Origin: an uncultured Flavobacteriaceae bacterium
GTDB lineage: Bacteria; Bacteroidota; Bacteroidia; Flavobacteriales; Flavobacteriaceae
NCBI GenBank assembly: GCA_964579505.1
Contig: CAZOGC010000015.1
Span: 1,603-65,602 of the forward strand
DNA length: 64,000 bases
Reading direction: 5' to 3'
Position 1 is the first letter of the stretch; each line of letters opens with the position of its first letter. Made by a program: the position numbers and the translations under genes. The notes beneath the pieces are model-generated. The model did no database searches. It worked only from the letters and a program-made list of their open reading frames with translations, and had not been told where the DNA came from. Positions 39,719 through 50,480 of the stretch are shown in pieces.

Positions 39719-40114
39719 TTAATTTCGGCTAAGTACTAAAATCATGACGGTATTATGCCCATCTGTTGATTTCCAAACTTGTTTTTTACTTTCATTTTTT
39801 ACAATAATCCACGCTTTGGCTAGCTTAGAATTAGCTTCTTTAGTAGATTTGAGTAAAATATACCCCTCTTTTTCGTGGATTTCCCAAATAAAAGGGGTCT
39901 TGTCAGTATACTTTTGCCCAAAGATGCTGTAATTAATGTCTTTATTACCCGAACCATTTTTATTAAAAGTAATGGTGCCAATATTATTAGACCCGGTTTT
40001 CTGTCCGTTTTCTTTAATAATTTCAAACTTATCAATGTTCCATGTGTGCACTAATTTTGAGGAACAGGCGGTCAATAAAAAAAGAAGAAAAAGTAAAGGT
40101 AATTTTGATTTCAT
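39719..40114 (-). CDS. Hypothetical lipoprotein
   Basis: Lipobox LLLTACSS after a hydrophobic signal. 131 aa, beta-rich. Confidence 0.55.
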   Translation of the reverse strand: MKSKLPLLFLLFLLTACSSKLVHTWNIDKFEIIKENGQKTGSNNIGTITFNKNGSGNKDINYSIFGQKYTDKTPFIWEIHEKEGYILLKSTKEANSKLAKAWIIVKNESKKQVWKSTDGHNTVMILVLSRN

Positions 40115-40184
40115 AGTGGGTTTTTATTTGTGGTTGGGTGTTTTTATAGTTTGTAAAAATACTGAAAAAACAGATAAGGGTAGT

Positions 40185-40730
40185 TTACAAATCAACCTTT
40201 ACCCGATATTCTTTCAGCTTTTCTAGGAGTTCATCAGAAGTAAAATTAGAAATTTCCATATCTTTTTCATAATGAATTTTCATTTGATGCCGTGTTAGTC
40301 CACGTACAAACCGATGAATTTCATTTTTATGGGTGATGATGAGCCCGGGCACTTGGGTACTCTTTCCCTGGTTATCTTTAGCCACCATGGTAAAATAAGA
40401 CGAATTGCAATGTTTTTTTGCCCCCGTTTGAATATTCTCAGCTTCTACCCGAATACCAATTATCATAGAGCTATTACCTACATAATTTACGGCAGCTTTC
40501 ATAGTAACTAGTTCACCCACCTCAATAGGACGTAAAAAATCTACTGTGTCAACACTAGCCGTTACGCAATAATTTTCACTGTGTTTAGAGGCACAAGCAA
40601 AGGCAATTTGATCCATGAGCGATAAAATATATCCTCCGTGAATTTTTCCATTAAAATTAGAATGAGATGGCAACATTAGTACAGACAGTATTACCTCAGA
40701 ATCGGTTACTTTTTTATAGGCTGTTTTCAT
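40185..40730 (-). CDS. Acyl-CoA thioesterase (hotdog fold, YciA-like)
   Basis: N-terminal LMLPSHSNFNGKIHGGYILSLMDQIA is typical of hotdog acyl-CoA thioesterases. Confidence 0.8.
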   Translation of the reverse strand: MKTAYKKVTDSEVILSVLMLPSHSNFNGKIHGGYILSLMDQIAFACASKHSENYCVTASVDTVDFLRPIEVGELVTMKAAVNYVGNSSMIIGIRVEAENIQTGAKKHCNSSYFTMVAKDNQGKSTQVPGLIITHKNEIHRFVRGLTRHQMKIHYEKDMEISNFTSDELLEKLKEYRVKVDL

Positions 40731-42129
40731 GGGGTTTGTTTAATGGTGTATAATCATCTGTTTGATTAAGGTGCTTTTGGTCGATTTGTTTACTGGCTTT
40801 GGCGCCTAATTTTTTAAGATTTTCTACACGTGAAACCAAATTACCTTTTCCGGTTAATTTTTTCATGGTAGAATCGTAGCTGCCCTGAACGGTTTTGAGT
40901 TGTTTTCCTACTTTCTCAAAATCTGTAATTAAATTTACAAAAGTATCATATAACCGGCCGGCTTGGGTAGCAATCTCAATAGAATTTTTTCTTTGCCTCT
41001 CGTTTTGCCACATACTGTCTATGGTTTTTAAGACAGCTAGTAGAGTAGTGGGGGTAACAATAATTATATTTTTGTCAAAAGCATCTCCATACAACCCGGG
41101 GTGAGCATTAGAAGCTAGCGCAAAAGCTGCTTCAATAGGTATGAATAGCAGCGTAAAATCGGGGCTTTCCATTTGGTAGAGTTGCTGATAATTTTTGCGG
41201 CTCAGCTCATCAACATGTTTTTTAATAGAGGCGAGATGTTGATTTAAGTAATTCTTTTTGGCGGTGCTTTCTTCAGCATTAATGTAGTGCTCGTAAGCGG
41301 TAAGCGAAACCTTAGAGTCTATAATCATTTTCTTATCTCCCGGCAGATGGATCACCACATCGGGCATTACGCGTTTGTTTTGTTCGGTAGTAAAACTTTG
41401 TTGTTCAAAATATTCGCTATCTTTTTGTAAACCACTGCGTTCCAGCACTCGTCTAAGCACCATCTCACCCCAATTCCCCTGCATTTTACTATCCCCTTTT
41501 AAGGCTTTGGTAAGGTTGGTGGCTTCTTCGCTAATCTTGAGATTTTGTTTGTTCAGTTGATCGAGGTGTTTTCCCAATTCGGTATGTCGTTTTAGCGAGG
41601 CCTCGCGGTTTTTGTCTACCTTTTCTTCAAAATCTTTAATCTTCTTTTGAAGAGGGGTAAGGATATTTTCTATATTGGTTTTGTTGAGCTGGGTAAATTT
41701 TTCTGATTTTTGTTCGAGGATTTTATTGGCCAAGTTTTCAAATTCTTTTTCAAATTTTTCTTGTAGTTTTTTTATTTCGGCCTTTTCTTCATTGGCTTTT
41801 TGTTGAAGATTGCTAAACTCAGTGTTGCGGCGGGTTAGTTGAATATGTAACTGCTCTTTTTCTTGTCGTATATGGACAAGTTCTTTTTTTAATTCATCTA
41901 ATTTTTGCCGATTTTCAGTCTCAATTTTAGAAATTTGTTGCTGATAATTTTCTCGTTCTTCTTTGCGAAGATCTTCAGCGTGTTTGGCCTGCAATGTTGC
42001 GGTAGTAATATGATTTTCTAAGTCTTTTGTTTGCCCTTCTTTTTTAGAAGAGGCTGTTTTTTGCCCTATAAAAAAACCGAGCAGCAGCATTAAAATTGCT
42101 AAAATTATAAATAGAATGTAATTTTCCAT
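40714..42129 (-). CDS. rmuC: DNA recombination protein RmuC
   Basis: N-terminal TM helix, long coiled coil, and a C-terminal RmuC nuclease-like region (PDVVIHLPGDKKMIIDSKVSL). Confidence 0.85.
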   Translation of the reverse strand: MENYILFIILAILMLLLGFFIGQKTASSKKEGQTKDLENHITTATLQAKHAEDLRKEERENYQQQISKIETENRQKLDELKKELVHIRQEKEQLHIQLTRRNTEFSNLQQKANEEKAEIKKLQEKFEKEFENLANKILEQKSEKFTQLNKTNIENILTPLQKKIKDFEEKVDKNREASLKRHTELGKHLDQLNKQNLKISEEATNLTKALKGDSKMQGNWGEMVLRRVLERSGLQKDSEYFEQQSFTTEQNKRVMPDVVIHLPGDKKMIIDSKVSLTAYEHYINAEESTAKKNYLNQHLASIKKHVDELSRKNYQQLYQMESPDFTLLFIPIEAAFALASNAHPGLYGDAFDKNIIIVTPTTLLAVLKTIDSMWQNERQRKNSIEIATQAGRLYDTFVNLITDFEKVGKQLKTVQGSYDSTMKKLTGKGNLVSRVENLKKLGAKASKQIDQKHLNQTDDYTPLNKPHENSL

Positions 42130-42313
42130 GAGTTTTGAAAAGCTATTAACTTGCTATTGAAAAGGTTAAAAAAGATATATTGAAAGCTAAAAGTACTAAA
42201 AAGAGCCAAGAGTTTACTAACTATTTTTAATGAATAAGAAGTATGTAGTGTGTAAAAAAATAGCTGCCTTGATTGAGACAGCTATTTTGTAAAATATTTT
42301 GACGACTTATATT

Positions 42314-42619
42314 TTATACACGCGCCTTCATTTTTTCTTTTCGTTTCTGCAATTTTCGTTTAAGATCGGCTATGGTTTTGTAAATTGCTTTGTCAAAATT
42401 TTCTTCATTACTAGCCACAAAGATTTCCGGACCGGGAACACTGAGTCTAATTTCGCAAATTCTTCCCATGTCATTGGCAGTAGAATTTTCGGTTTTAAAA
42501 TAAACATCGGCACTCACGATAAAATCGTAATGGCGTTTGAGTTTATCCAATTTTTCTTGAGTAAAACTTTCAAGCCTGTCGCTTGCTGAAACGTGAACAT
42601 AATTGAAATGCGTATCCAT
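42314..42619 (-). CDS. hpf: Ribosome hibernation promoting factor (short HPF/RaiA)
   Basis: 101 aa. The pattern MDTHFNYVHVSASDRLESFTQEKLDKL...KRKLQKRKE fits HPF/YfiA. Confidence 0.8.
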   Translation of the reverse strand: MDTHFNYVHVSASDRLESFTQEKLDKLKRHYDFIVSADVYFKTENSTANDMGRICEIRLSVPGPEIFVASNEENFDKAIYKTIADLKRKLQKRKEKMKARV

Positions 42620-42777
42620 AAGTAATAGATATTAAGTTAGAGAAATAAAGATACAATATTTATGCAATTAATGCAGGTTTTTAAAGGTTTTTTAGGGTAT
42701 AAAACGGAAAAAATAAAAGGCTATAATGAAGTTTGTAAATAGCGGCTCTTAAAGCTTATTTTGTAAAGTAAAAAGAA

Positions 42778-42785
42778 TATCTTTG
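42778..42785 (+). promoter_or_regulatory. Candidate -7 box TATCTTTG driving the fluoride riboswitch/crcB transcript
   Basis: TAnnTTTG, about 10 nt upstream of the riboswitch core. Confidence 0.5.
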
Positions 42786-42789
42786 CAAC

Positions 42790-42846
42790 CCTGATGGCGA
42801 TGGAGTTCGCCATAACCGCTTCTTTATAAGCTGATGACTCCTGCCT
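42790..42846 (+). ncRNA. Fluoride riboswitch (crcB motif)
   Basis: GGCGATGGAGTTCGCCATAACCGCTTCTTTATAAGCTGATGACTCCTGCC. P1 is GGCGA/TCGCC. The pseudoknot pairs GGAGT with ACTCC. P3 is GCTT/AAGC. The conserved CTGATGA is present. It lies 32 nt upstream of crcB. Confidence 0.85.
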
Positions 42847-42877
42847 TATACTAAATTTAATAAACACATAATTAGTT

Positions 42878-43255
42878 ATGGGTAGAACACTTTTATTAAT
42901 TGGCATTGGAGGTTTCTTAGGCAGTATTGCCCGGTATCTTACCTCACTTTTGGGTAGTAAATTGTGGAGCGGAGTGTTTCCATTCGGTACTTTTCTAACA
43001 AACATTATAGGCTGTTTATTTATAGGGTTTATTTTCGGACTTTCACAAAAGTACGGATGGCTTACACCTCAGTGGCGCTTCTTTTTAGCTACAGGTTTTT
43101 GCGGAGGGTATACCACCTTTTCTACCTTTGTATTAGACAATGCTAAGTTGTTACAAACCGGACAATATTGGCCGTTTATTGGCTATACCTTCTTAAGTAT
43201 AGCGGTGGGTATTTTTTTGGTGTTTACTGGAATATTGTTGGCAAAGTATTGCTAA
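42878..43255 (+). CDS. crcB: Fluoride ion channel CrcB/FluC
   Basis: GGFLGSIARY and GFCGGYTTFSTF motifs, 125 aa, four TM segments. Confidence 0.9.
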   Translation: MGRTLLLIGIGGFLGSIARYLTSLLGSKLWSGVFPFGTFLTNIIGCLFIGFIFGLSQKYGWLTPQWRFFLATGFCGGYTTFSTFVLDNAKLLQTGQYWPFIGYTFLSIAVGIFLVFTGILLAKYC

Positions 43256-43338
43256 TACACAGCTTACGAGATTTAACAGGCCAAAATAAAAGATAAAAGA
43301 GCTGTTAAAAAAGCCTTTTTATTGTCACTTCGTTTTTA

Positions 43339-43346
43339 TATTTTTG
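43339..43346 (+). promoter_or_regulatory. Candidate -7 box TATTTTTG for hppA
   Basis: TAnnTTTG, 49 nt upstream of ATG 43396. Confidence 0.4.
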
Positions 43347-43395
43347 CAGGCTGTTATAAATAATGAAATAAACACATTAATTTTTACATTTTCTT

Positions 43396-45678
43396 ATGGA
43401 ATCCAATATTATTTTCCTTCCGATTGTGTTGGCCGTTTTAGGTCTTTTATTTATGATCTTTAAAGCGTCTAAAGTAAAAAAACAGTCGCCGGGTCATGGA
43501 AAAATGCAAAGCATTTCTGCCAGCATTAAGAAAGGAGCACTAGCATTTTTAAATGCAGAATACCGTCTATTATTAATTTATGTTGTGTTGGCTTCAATTG
43601 CCTTGTTTATTGTGTCTGAAGTGGTAGATACAACTAGCTGGCTCATCGTTCCGGCCTTTATTATTGGTGGGTTTTTCTCTGCCTTTGCCGGAAATATTGG
43701 TATGCGTATTGCTACTGAAGCAAATGCTAGAACTGCAGAAGCAGCTAAAACAAGTTTGCCTAAGGCTTTAAAAGTTTCTTTTAATGGAGGAACCGTAATG
43801 GGCTTAGGCGTTGCCGGCCTTGCTGTTTTGGGGTTGAGTTTGTTAACGATGTTCTTTATTAGTCAATTTGTAGGAAACTCAGCTAACTTGTATGATGATA
43901 TGACGATGGTGCTTGAAGCATTAGCCGGTTTCTCTATAGGGGCAGAATCTATTGCACTTTTTGCTCGTGTAGGAGGTGGTATTTATACAAAAGCTGCTGA
44001 TGTTGGTGCTGACTTAGTAGGAAAAGTAGAAGCAGGTATTCCGGAAGATGATCCAAGAAACCCGGCCACTATTGCCGATAACGTAGGCGATAACGTAGGT
44101 GATGTTGCCGGAATGGGAGCTGACTTATTTGGTAGTTATGTAGCTACAGTATTGGCCGCTATGGTTTTAGGAAATTATGTGATTCGTGATATGTCCTTAG
44201 ACGGAACGCCTTATACAGATGCTTTTAATAATATGGGTCCTATTTTGTTGCCATTGGTTATTGCCGGGGTAGGAATTTTAGCCTCAATTATTGGAACTTT
44301 CTTAGTAAAAATTAAATCAAATGATGCTCGTGAGCGCCAAGTACAAGCAGTACTAGATAGAGGTAACTGGACCGCTATTATTTTAACTTTAATTGCTAGT
44401 TTCTTTTTAATTCGTTGGATGCTTCCGGAGCACATTCAAACAAGCTTCTTTGGAGAAGGTGTAAAAACTATTGCTTCTATGAATGTATTTTGGGCGGCCG
44501 TAATTGGTTTAGCTGTTGGTGCTTTAATTACGGCAGTTACAGCATACTATACGAGTTTGGGTAAAAAACCGGTATTAAACATTGTGCGTAACTCTTCTAC
44601 CGGAGCTGCCACTAATATTATTGCTGGTTTGTCTGTAGGAATGAAATCAACTTGCGGATCAGTTATTTTGTTTGCGGGTGCTATTTATGGTTCTTATGAA
44701 TTGGCAGGGTTCTACGGAGTAGCTTTGGCGGCTTCTGCTATGATGGCCACCACGGCTATGCAGTTGGCGATAGATGCTTTTGGACCGATTGCCGATAATG
44801 CCGGTGGAGTGGCTGAAATGAGTGAATTGCCAAGCGAAGTTCGTGAACGCACTGATATTTTAGATTCTGTTGGTAACACTACAGCTGCTGTAGGAAAAGG
44901 TTTTGCCATTGCCTCCGCTGCATTAACAGCCTTGGCTTTGTTTGCTGCTTATATTACGTTTACCGGAATTGATGGAATTAATATCTATAAAGCAGATGTG
45001 TTAGCAGCATTGTTTATAGGCGCTATGATACCGGTTATCTTCTCTGCCTTGGCAATGGAATCTGTGGGAAAAGCAGCGATGAAAATGGTGCAGGAGGTAC
45101 GTCGCCAGTTTAAAGAAATTCCCGGAATTATGGAAGGAAAAGCAACTCCCGATTATGCAAGATGTGTAGATATTTCTACCAAAGCAGCCCTTCGCGAAAT
45201 GATTCTTCCAGGTTTGATTACTATTATTGTACCTATTATTATTGGATTAATTTTTGGTGCAGAACCACTTGGAGGCTATATGGCAGGAGTTTGCGTGTCT
45301 GGTGTAATGTGGGCTATTTTCCAAAATAATGCCGGTGGTGCTTGGGATAACGCAAAAAAATCTTTTGAAGCAGGAGTTGAGATAGAAGGTAAAATGACCT
45401 ATAAAGGTAGCGATGCACACAAAGCAGCTGTTATTGGTGATACCGTTGGCGATCCGTTTAAAGATACCTCTGGTCCTTCTATGAATATTTTAATTAAACT
45501 AACGTGTTTAGTGGCGCTTATTATGGCTCCACTTTTAGGAACTGAATACCATAAAAGTGAAGCTGAAAATACTACACAAGCGCAGGTAGAACAAGTTCAG
45601 AAAACTTCTACCACTCAGAAAGAGCAGGTAGAATTAACGACACTTAACAAAGAAAAGAAAGTGACTGAGGAGAAATAG
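43396..45678 (+). CDS. hppA: Membrane-bound ion-translocating pyrophosphatase
   Basis: [29 protein letters not shown] and [15 protein letters not shown] motifs. 760 aa, with a ~45-aa hydrophilic C-terminal tail. Confidence 0.95.
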   Translation: MESNIIFLPIVLAVLGLLFMIFKASKVKKQSPGHGKMQSISASIKKGALAFLNAEYRLLLIYVVLASIALFIVSEVVDTTSWLIVPAFIIGGFFSAFAGNIGMRIATEANARTAEAAKTSLPKALKVSFNGGTVMGLGVAGLAVLGLSLLTMFFISQFVGNSANLYDDMTMVLEALAGFSIGAESIALFARVGGGIYTKAADVGADLVGKVEAGIPEDDPRNPATIADNVGDNVGDVAGMGADLFGSYVATVLAAMVLGNYVIRDMSLDGTPYTDAFNNMGPILLPLVIAGVGILASIIGTFLVKIKSNDARERQVQAVLDRGNWTAIILTLIASFFLIRWMLPEHIQTSFFGEGVKTIASMNVFWAAVIGLAVGALITAVTAYYTSLGKKPVLNIVRNSSTGAATNIIAGLSVGMKSTCGSVILFAGAIYGSYELAGFYGVALAASAMMATTAMQLAIDAFGPIADNAGGVAEMSELPSEVRERTDILDSVGNTTAAVGKGFAIASAALTALALFAAYITFTGIDGINIYKADVLAALFIGAMIPVIFSALAMESVGKAAMKMVQEVRRQFKEIPGIMEGKATPDYARCVDISTKAALREMILPGLITIIVPIIIGLIFGAEPLGGYMAGVCVSGVMWAIFQNNAGGAWDNAKKSFEAGVEIEGKMTYKGSDAHKAAVIGDTVGDPFKDTSGPSMNILIKLTCLVALIMAPLLGTEYHKSEAENTTQAQVEQVQKTSTTQKEQVELTTLNKEKKVTEEK

Positions 45679-45923
45679 AAAAATAGATTTTTTCTTATAT
45701 AATTTTATAAATAAATCCCTGAGAATATTTTCCCGGGGATTTTTTTTTATGTAATTACGTGGCTTCGTACTTAATTGAGCCTAACTAGGTTTTTTATCAA
45801 CAGATGATTTTTACGACATTATGAGGTTGAAACATAAGAATTACTTTTACATACAGAATACCGGGCAATCAAACACAAACAAAATTTAATACATGGTGTT
45901 CTTGCTGTACGTTAAATAAAGAC

Positions 45924-45953
45924 ATAAAAAAACCATGAGGTTAGGTCATGGTT
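45924..45953 (-). terminator. Intrinsic terminator after the BadF-type kinase gene
   Basis: Stem AACCATGA (45931..45938) / TCATGGTT (45946..45953). The A-run at 45925..45930 gives a T-tract on the minus strand. Confidence 0.6.
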
Positions 45954-45984
45954 CTTTATATTATAATAACAAGCTATATTTCTT

Positions 45985-46857
45985 TTAATCTACTGCCAAC
46001 TCAGTTCTTATTTTTTGTTGAAAATAGCGCGTTAGCCCTTCAATGGGGCGCCACACCACATTCCCTAGGGTATATCCGCGCTCTTCTAAAACTTCAGCAA
46101 TTACCTCTTTAGAGAAATGTGCTATAGATCCTATAAAATGTATAGGCACTTCTTTGGCCTGTGGAATATTGCTAATCCAATTATCAACAAAAACCTCAAA
46201 CTCCCGCTTTACCATTTTTTTTAAAAAGTCAGGTAATGGGTCGTGTTTAAAGATAAACCCGGCAAATTTGGCCAAATATGCATTGGCATTTTGATGCTTA
46301 TAGATATTGTTTTTAATGTTTTGAGGAGAGAGGTTAAACTCTTCTTCAAAACGTTTAGCCAAATCTTCAGGCATCTGATGGTAAAAATAGGCGCGTAACA
46401 TTACTTTACCCAAATAACTACCACTGGCTTCATCCATAATCATGTATCCCAAAGAGGGGCAAGGCACTTCTACACGTTTTTTCCCATCAAAATAACACGC
46501 ATTAGAGCCGGTGCCCATAATACAGACAATTCCGGGATCTGTAGTTGCCGATAAACAAGCCGCTAGAAGATCTTCTTCAACTTCACATTTGGCATGTCTG
46601 AAATATTTTTCTAAAAACCGTTTAAGTCGAAGTTTATTTTCTTCGGTTCCACACCCAGATCCATAAAAATAAACCCGTTCAACCCCTTGACTGATGTGCG
46701 AAATTTCTTCGCTTTCAGCTATACGCTTGTGTAGTTTTTGCGTGGTGAGCACATCTGGGTTTAATCCCTTGGTTTTTGCTTTAAAGACTTCGTTTCCGTC
46801 GTGGTCAAGCGCTACCCAGTGGCATTTAGTTGACCCGCCATCAGCAATAAGAATCAT
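45985..46857 (-). CDS. BadF/BadG/BcrA/BcrD-type ATPase (N-acetylglucosamine kinase-like)
   Basis: N-terminal LIADGGSTKCHW, GSGCG and GTGSN ASKHA phosphate motifs. Confidence 0.7.
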   Translation of the reverse strand: MILIADGGSTKCHWVALDHDGNEVFKAKTKGLNPDVLTTQKLHKRIAESEEISHISQGVERVYFYGSGCGTEENKLRLKRFLEKYFRHAKCEVEEDLLAACLSATTDPGIVCIMGTGSNACYFDGKKRVEVPCPSLGYMIMDEASGSYLGKVMLRAYFYHQMPEDLAKRFEEEFNLSPQNIKNNIYKHQNANAYLAKFAGFIFKHDPLPDFLKKMVKREFEVFVDNWISNIPQAKEVPIHFIGSIAHFSKEVIAEVLEERGYTLGNVVWRPIEGLTRYFQQKIRTELAVD

Positions 46858-46870
46858 AGTGGTCGATTAT

Positions 46871-47878
46871 TTAGTTTAAAGAGGTTACATACATGGCCAT
46901 GTCTACTAATCTGCTGGCATAACCAAATTCGTTATCATACCAAGCCACTAATTTAAAGAAATTAGTATTAAGTTCCATGCTGGCTGAGGCATCGAATATA
47001 CAACTATGTGAGTCAGAAACAAAATCTTGAGAAACTACTTCGTCTTCGGTATAGTCTAAGAAACCTTTTAACTCGCCATCTGCTTTGGTTTTGATAACTT
47101 TTTTAATTTCTTCTAAAGAGGTAGATTTTTCTGTACGCATCGTTAAGTCAACTACAGAAACATCGTTAGAAGGAACCCGGAAAGCCATTCCGGTAAGTTT
47201 TCCTTCAAGTTCAGGAATCACTTTAGTAACAGCTATAGCAGCCCCAGTAGAGGTAGGAATAATGTTGTTTAAAGCAGAACGACCTATGCGATAATTCTTT
47301 TTAGAAGGAGCGTCTACGGTAGATTGTGTAGATGTTGTGGCATGTACAGTAGTTAGCAGTCCTTCGGCAATTCCGAAGTGGTCATTTACTACTTTTGCTA
47401 AAACGGCTAAGCAGTTGGTTGTACATGAGGCGTTAGAAACAATTTTTGCATTGGTAGGCACCTCTTTGTGATTAACTCCCATAACATAAGTAGGTGCATC
47501 TTTAGATGGAGCAGAAATCACTACTTTTTTAGCGCCGGCTTTAAGGTGCGCTGAAGCTTGTGCGTGCGATTTAAAAATACCGGTACATTCTAACACTACA
47601 TCGGCATTAACGGCATTCCAAGCCAAGTTTTCCGGATTGGTTTCTGCAGTTACGCGTATGGTGTTTCCATTTACAACTAAGTTACCGTCTACAACTGTAA
47701 TAGATCCTTTAAAACGGCCATGAACCGTGTCATATTTTAATAAATAAGCGAGTTGTTCAACCGGAACTAGGTCATTAATAGCTACAATATTTACATTTTC
47801 TTTCTGACTGGCAATGCGAAAAGCAATGCGACCAATACGGCCAAAACCGTTAATGGCTAAATTGATTTTTTTATTCAT
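46871..47878 (-). CDS. gap: Glyceraldehyde-3-phosphate dehydrogenase
   Basis: INGFGRIGR and the active site [10 protein letters not shown]. Confidence 0.95.
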   Translation of the reverse strand: MNKKINLAINGFGRIGRIAFRIASQKENVNIVAINDLVPVEQLAYLLKYDTVHGRFKGSITVVDGNLVVNGNTIRVTAETNPENLAWNAVNADVVLECTGIFKSHAQASAHLKAGAKKVVISAPSKDAPTYVMGVNHKEVPTNAKIVSNASCTTNCLAVLAKVVNDHFGIAEGLLTTVHATTSTQSTVDAPSKKNYRIGRSALNNIIPTSTGAAIAVTKVIPELEGKLTGMAFRVPSNDVSVVDLTMRTEKSTSLEEIKKVIKTKADGELKGFLDYTEDEVVSQDFVSDSHSCIFDASASMELNTNFFKLVAWYDNEFGYASRLVDMAMYVTSLN

Positions 47879-47886
47879 AATATTTA

Positions 47887-48873
47887 TTAGAATGATGTGA
47901 TATCCGCTACTCGTAACAAATCTAAATCGACTTTTCCTTCCCCAGAAAGGTTACCTTTTAACGGAATCTTGATTAATGTTCTGTTTTTAATGCCAATCAT
48001 TGCATTGGCTTCCTTATCGAGAAGTGTCTCGACAGCTTTAATACCCATTCGGCTAGCCAACACACGGTCAAAGCAGCTGGGAGCGCCGCCTCGTTGTACA
48101 TGCCCTAATACAGTTACACGCACTTCATAGTTGGTAAGATGGGTTTTGATGTAATCGGCGAGTTCGAAGATGCTTTTCCCCGTTTTTTCGCCTTCAGAAA
48201 CTACTACGATACTAGACGTTTTTCCTGATTTTCGGCTGTGTTTTAGGGAGGCAATGAGTCGTTCCGTTCCCAAATTTTTCTCCGGAATCAGAATTTCTTC
48301 GGCTCCGGCACCTATACCAGCATTTAGCGCTAAATCACCGGCATCTCGCCCCATTACTTCTACTAAGAATAAACGATTGTGAGAATTAGCCGTATCTCTA
48401 ATTTTATCGATGGCTTCTACAACGGTGTTTAAGGCAGTGTCGTAGCCAATAGTGTAGTCTGTACCAAGAATATCATTATCTATGGTGGCCGGAATACCAA
48501 TAATAGGAAATTGATGTTCTTTATAGAAAATCTCGGCTCCTTTAAAGGTACCATTTCCGCCAATAGTTACCAAAGCATCTATTCCTTCTTCTTGTAAATT
48601 GTTGTAAGCTATTTGACGCCCTTCAGAAGTACGAAACCTTTCTGATCTTGTTGATTTTAAAAAAGTACCCCCACGATTGATAATATTTCGTACTGAACGA
48701 GCATTTAGACTTTTAAAATCTTTTTCAATAAGTCCTTCGTAACCGCGATATATACCGGAGCACTTTACGTTGTAGTAGGCACAACTTCGTACCACGGCAC
48801 GAATGGCAGCATTCATCCCGGGAGAATCTCCTCCTGATGTCAATACTGCAATGTGTTCAGGCTTTTTGTTCAT
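47887..48873 (-). CDS. pfkA: ATP-dependent 6-phosphofructokinase
   Basis: [14 protein letters not shown] and IPATIDND motifs. Confidence 0.95.
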   Translation of the reverse strand: MNKKPEHIAVLTSGGDSPGMNAAIRAVVRSCAYYNVKCSGIYRGYEGLIEKDFKSLNARSVRNIINRGGTFLKSTRSERFRTSEGRQIAYNNLQEEGIDALVTIGGNGTFKGAEIFYKEHQFPIIGIPATIDNDILGTDYTIGYDTALNTVVEAIDKIRDTANSHNRLFLVEVMGRDAGDLALNAGIGAGAEEILIPEKNLGTERLIASLKHSRKSGKTSSIVVVSEGEKTGKSIFELADYIKTHLTNYEVRVTVLGHVQRGGAPSCFDRVLASRMGIKAVETLLDKEANAMIGIKNRTLIKIPLKGNLSGEGKVDLDLLRVADITSF

Positions 48874-48894
48874 AGTCTTACTGTTTTTATATTC

Positions 48895-48926
48895 GTAAAA
48901 AATACACTCATTTTTAAGGAGTGTAT
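48895..48926 (-). terminator. Intrinsic terminator between ilvE and pfkA
   Basis: Stem ATACACTC (48902..48909) / GAGTGTAT (48919..48926). The adjacent A-run at 48897..48901 gives a T-tract on the minus strand. Confidence 0.5.
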
Positions 48927-49072
48927 ACTATTTTTACTTTCTATATTGAAAGATGTTAAAAAACAACTCTCAAATAAAACACTTTTCCCTCATAAAACAG
49001 AGGAAAAAGCGTGAAAGTTTAGTTAAAATATAATTTTATAAAATAGATGAACTAAAAAGCGTTAGGGTAGGC

Positions 49073-50146
49073 TTATTTGATTTCGTATAACCAACCGTAT
49101 GAATCTTCGGCTCGGTGGTATTGAATGTCTTGAAGTATGGCTTTTAGTTTTGGGCCATAAGGGTTTTCTACATGGGGTAGTTCGTGGTATTTTTCTTTGT
49201 AACCAAACCCAATAAATGGAACAACGGTTGCTGCAGTACCGGAACCAAAAATTTCTTTTAGCTCTCCATTTTTTTCTCCTTCAAGGAGTTCTTGTACGCT
49301 AATGCGACGCACTTCTACCTTTATGCCGTTATCTTTGGCTAGTTGAATAATACTTTTGCGCGTAATACCATCTAGTATACGGTCGTTATTTGGGGCAGTA
49401 ATTAGGGTATCTCCAATACGAAAAAAAACATTCATCGTTCCAGCTTCTTCCATATATTCGTGAGTACTAGAATCTGTCCAGATAATTTGTTTATAGCCTT
49501 TCTCTTTGGCTAATTTTGTAGGATAGAAAGAAGACCCATAGTTGCCACCGGCTTTTACAAAACCTACCCCACCGTCAGCAGAACGGCTAAAACGGTCTTG
49601 TACTAAAACTTTCATTCCTTCACTTCCTTCGGTATAATATGCTTTAACGGGGCTGTTAATAATAACAACTCGATACTCTGTAGATGGAGAGGCGGCTACC
49701 TGATTCTCTATACCAATAGCAAAAGGACGAATGTATAAAGAGTATCCTTCTTTGTTTAAAACCCAATCACTATCCAATTTCATAAGAATATCTAATGCCC
49801 CAAAAAAGTATTCTTTCGGAAATTCCGGCATGCACATGCGTTTACAAGACTTGTTGAATCGTGCAAAATTCTGATCCGGGCGGAATAACCAAATTTTGCC
49901 TTTATTGTCTTTAAAAGCTTTCATTCCTTCAAAAATACTTTGTCCGTAGTGGAATATCTTTGAAGCCGGATCTAGACTCATAGGGCCATATGGTTTAATC
50001 TCAGGGGTCTGCCATTTGCCATCTTTGTAATCGCAAATTAACATGTGGTCGGTATAAAACTTTCCAAAGCCGGGTTCACTTAAATCGGTTTGATCTAATC
50101 GTGATTGGCTTGTTTTTGTAATAGAAAAATCGTTAATAGTGTACAT
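49073..50146 (-). CDS. ilvE: Branched-chain amino acid aminotransferase (class IV)
   Basis: 357 aa with overall class IV aminotransferase pattern (YGQSIFEGMKAF, GGNYGSS, EAGTMNVFF). Confidence 0.9.
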   Translation of the reverse strand: MYTINDFSITKTSQSRLDQTDLSEPGFGKFYTDHMLICDYKDGKWQTPEIKPYGPMSLDPASKIFHYGQSIFEGMKAFKDNKGKIWLFRPDQNFARFNKSCKRMCMPEFPKEYFFGALDILMKLDSDWVLNKEGYSLYIRPFAIGIENQVAASPSTEYRVVIINSPVKAYYTEGSEGMKVLVQDRFSRSADGGVGFVKAGGNYGSSFYPTKLAKEKGYKQIIWTDSSTHEYMEEAGTMNVFFRIGDTLITAPNNDRILDGITRKSIIQLAKDNGIKVEVRRISVQELLEGEKNGELKEIFGSGTAATVVPFIGFGYKEKYHELPHVENPYGPKLKAILQDIQYHRAEDSYGWLYEIK

Positions 50147-50453
50147 TAATTTTGTTTTTTTACGAGAGCAAAAACGCGTGAATCGGTCAATTTTGAATAA
50201 TCTACTCTTGCTCTTTATTTTGGAGGCTTAAATTTACAAAATTTCAATCACATGAAGTGCATAATAATGTTAATACTTTTTAATTAAATTTACGGTAACC
50301 AGCTATATTAAAAAAATTATGATTCATGAATTTTTATTTTGCTTATATGATAATTTTATTGTTTATAATTTATTAAAATGACATGGTTGGGTGCGAAATA
50401 TTTTAAATTAGTTTTAAGAGGAAGATTAGAATTAGTTAAATAAAGTTTGTCGT

Positions 50454-50461
50454 TACCTTTG
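50454..50461 (+). promoter_or_regulatory. Candidate -7 box TACCTTTG for the mnmD-like gene
   Basis: TAnnTTTG, 19 nt upstream of ATG 50481. Confidence 0.5.
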
Positions 50462-50480
50462 TATTTAATTGAATACTTGT

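Noticed and set aside
42721-43005. 94-aa minus-strand ORF
   Set aside because: It runs antisense across the fluoride riboswitch and the start of crcB. It has no motif and is explained by the plus-strand features.
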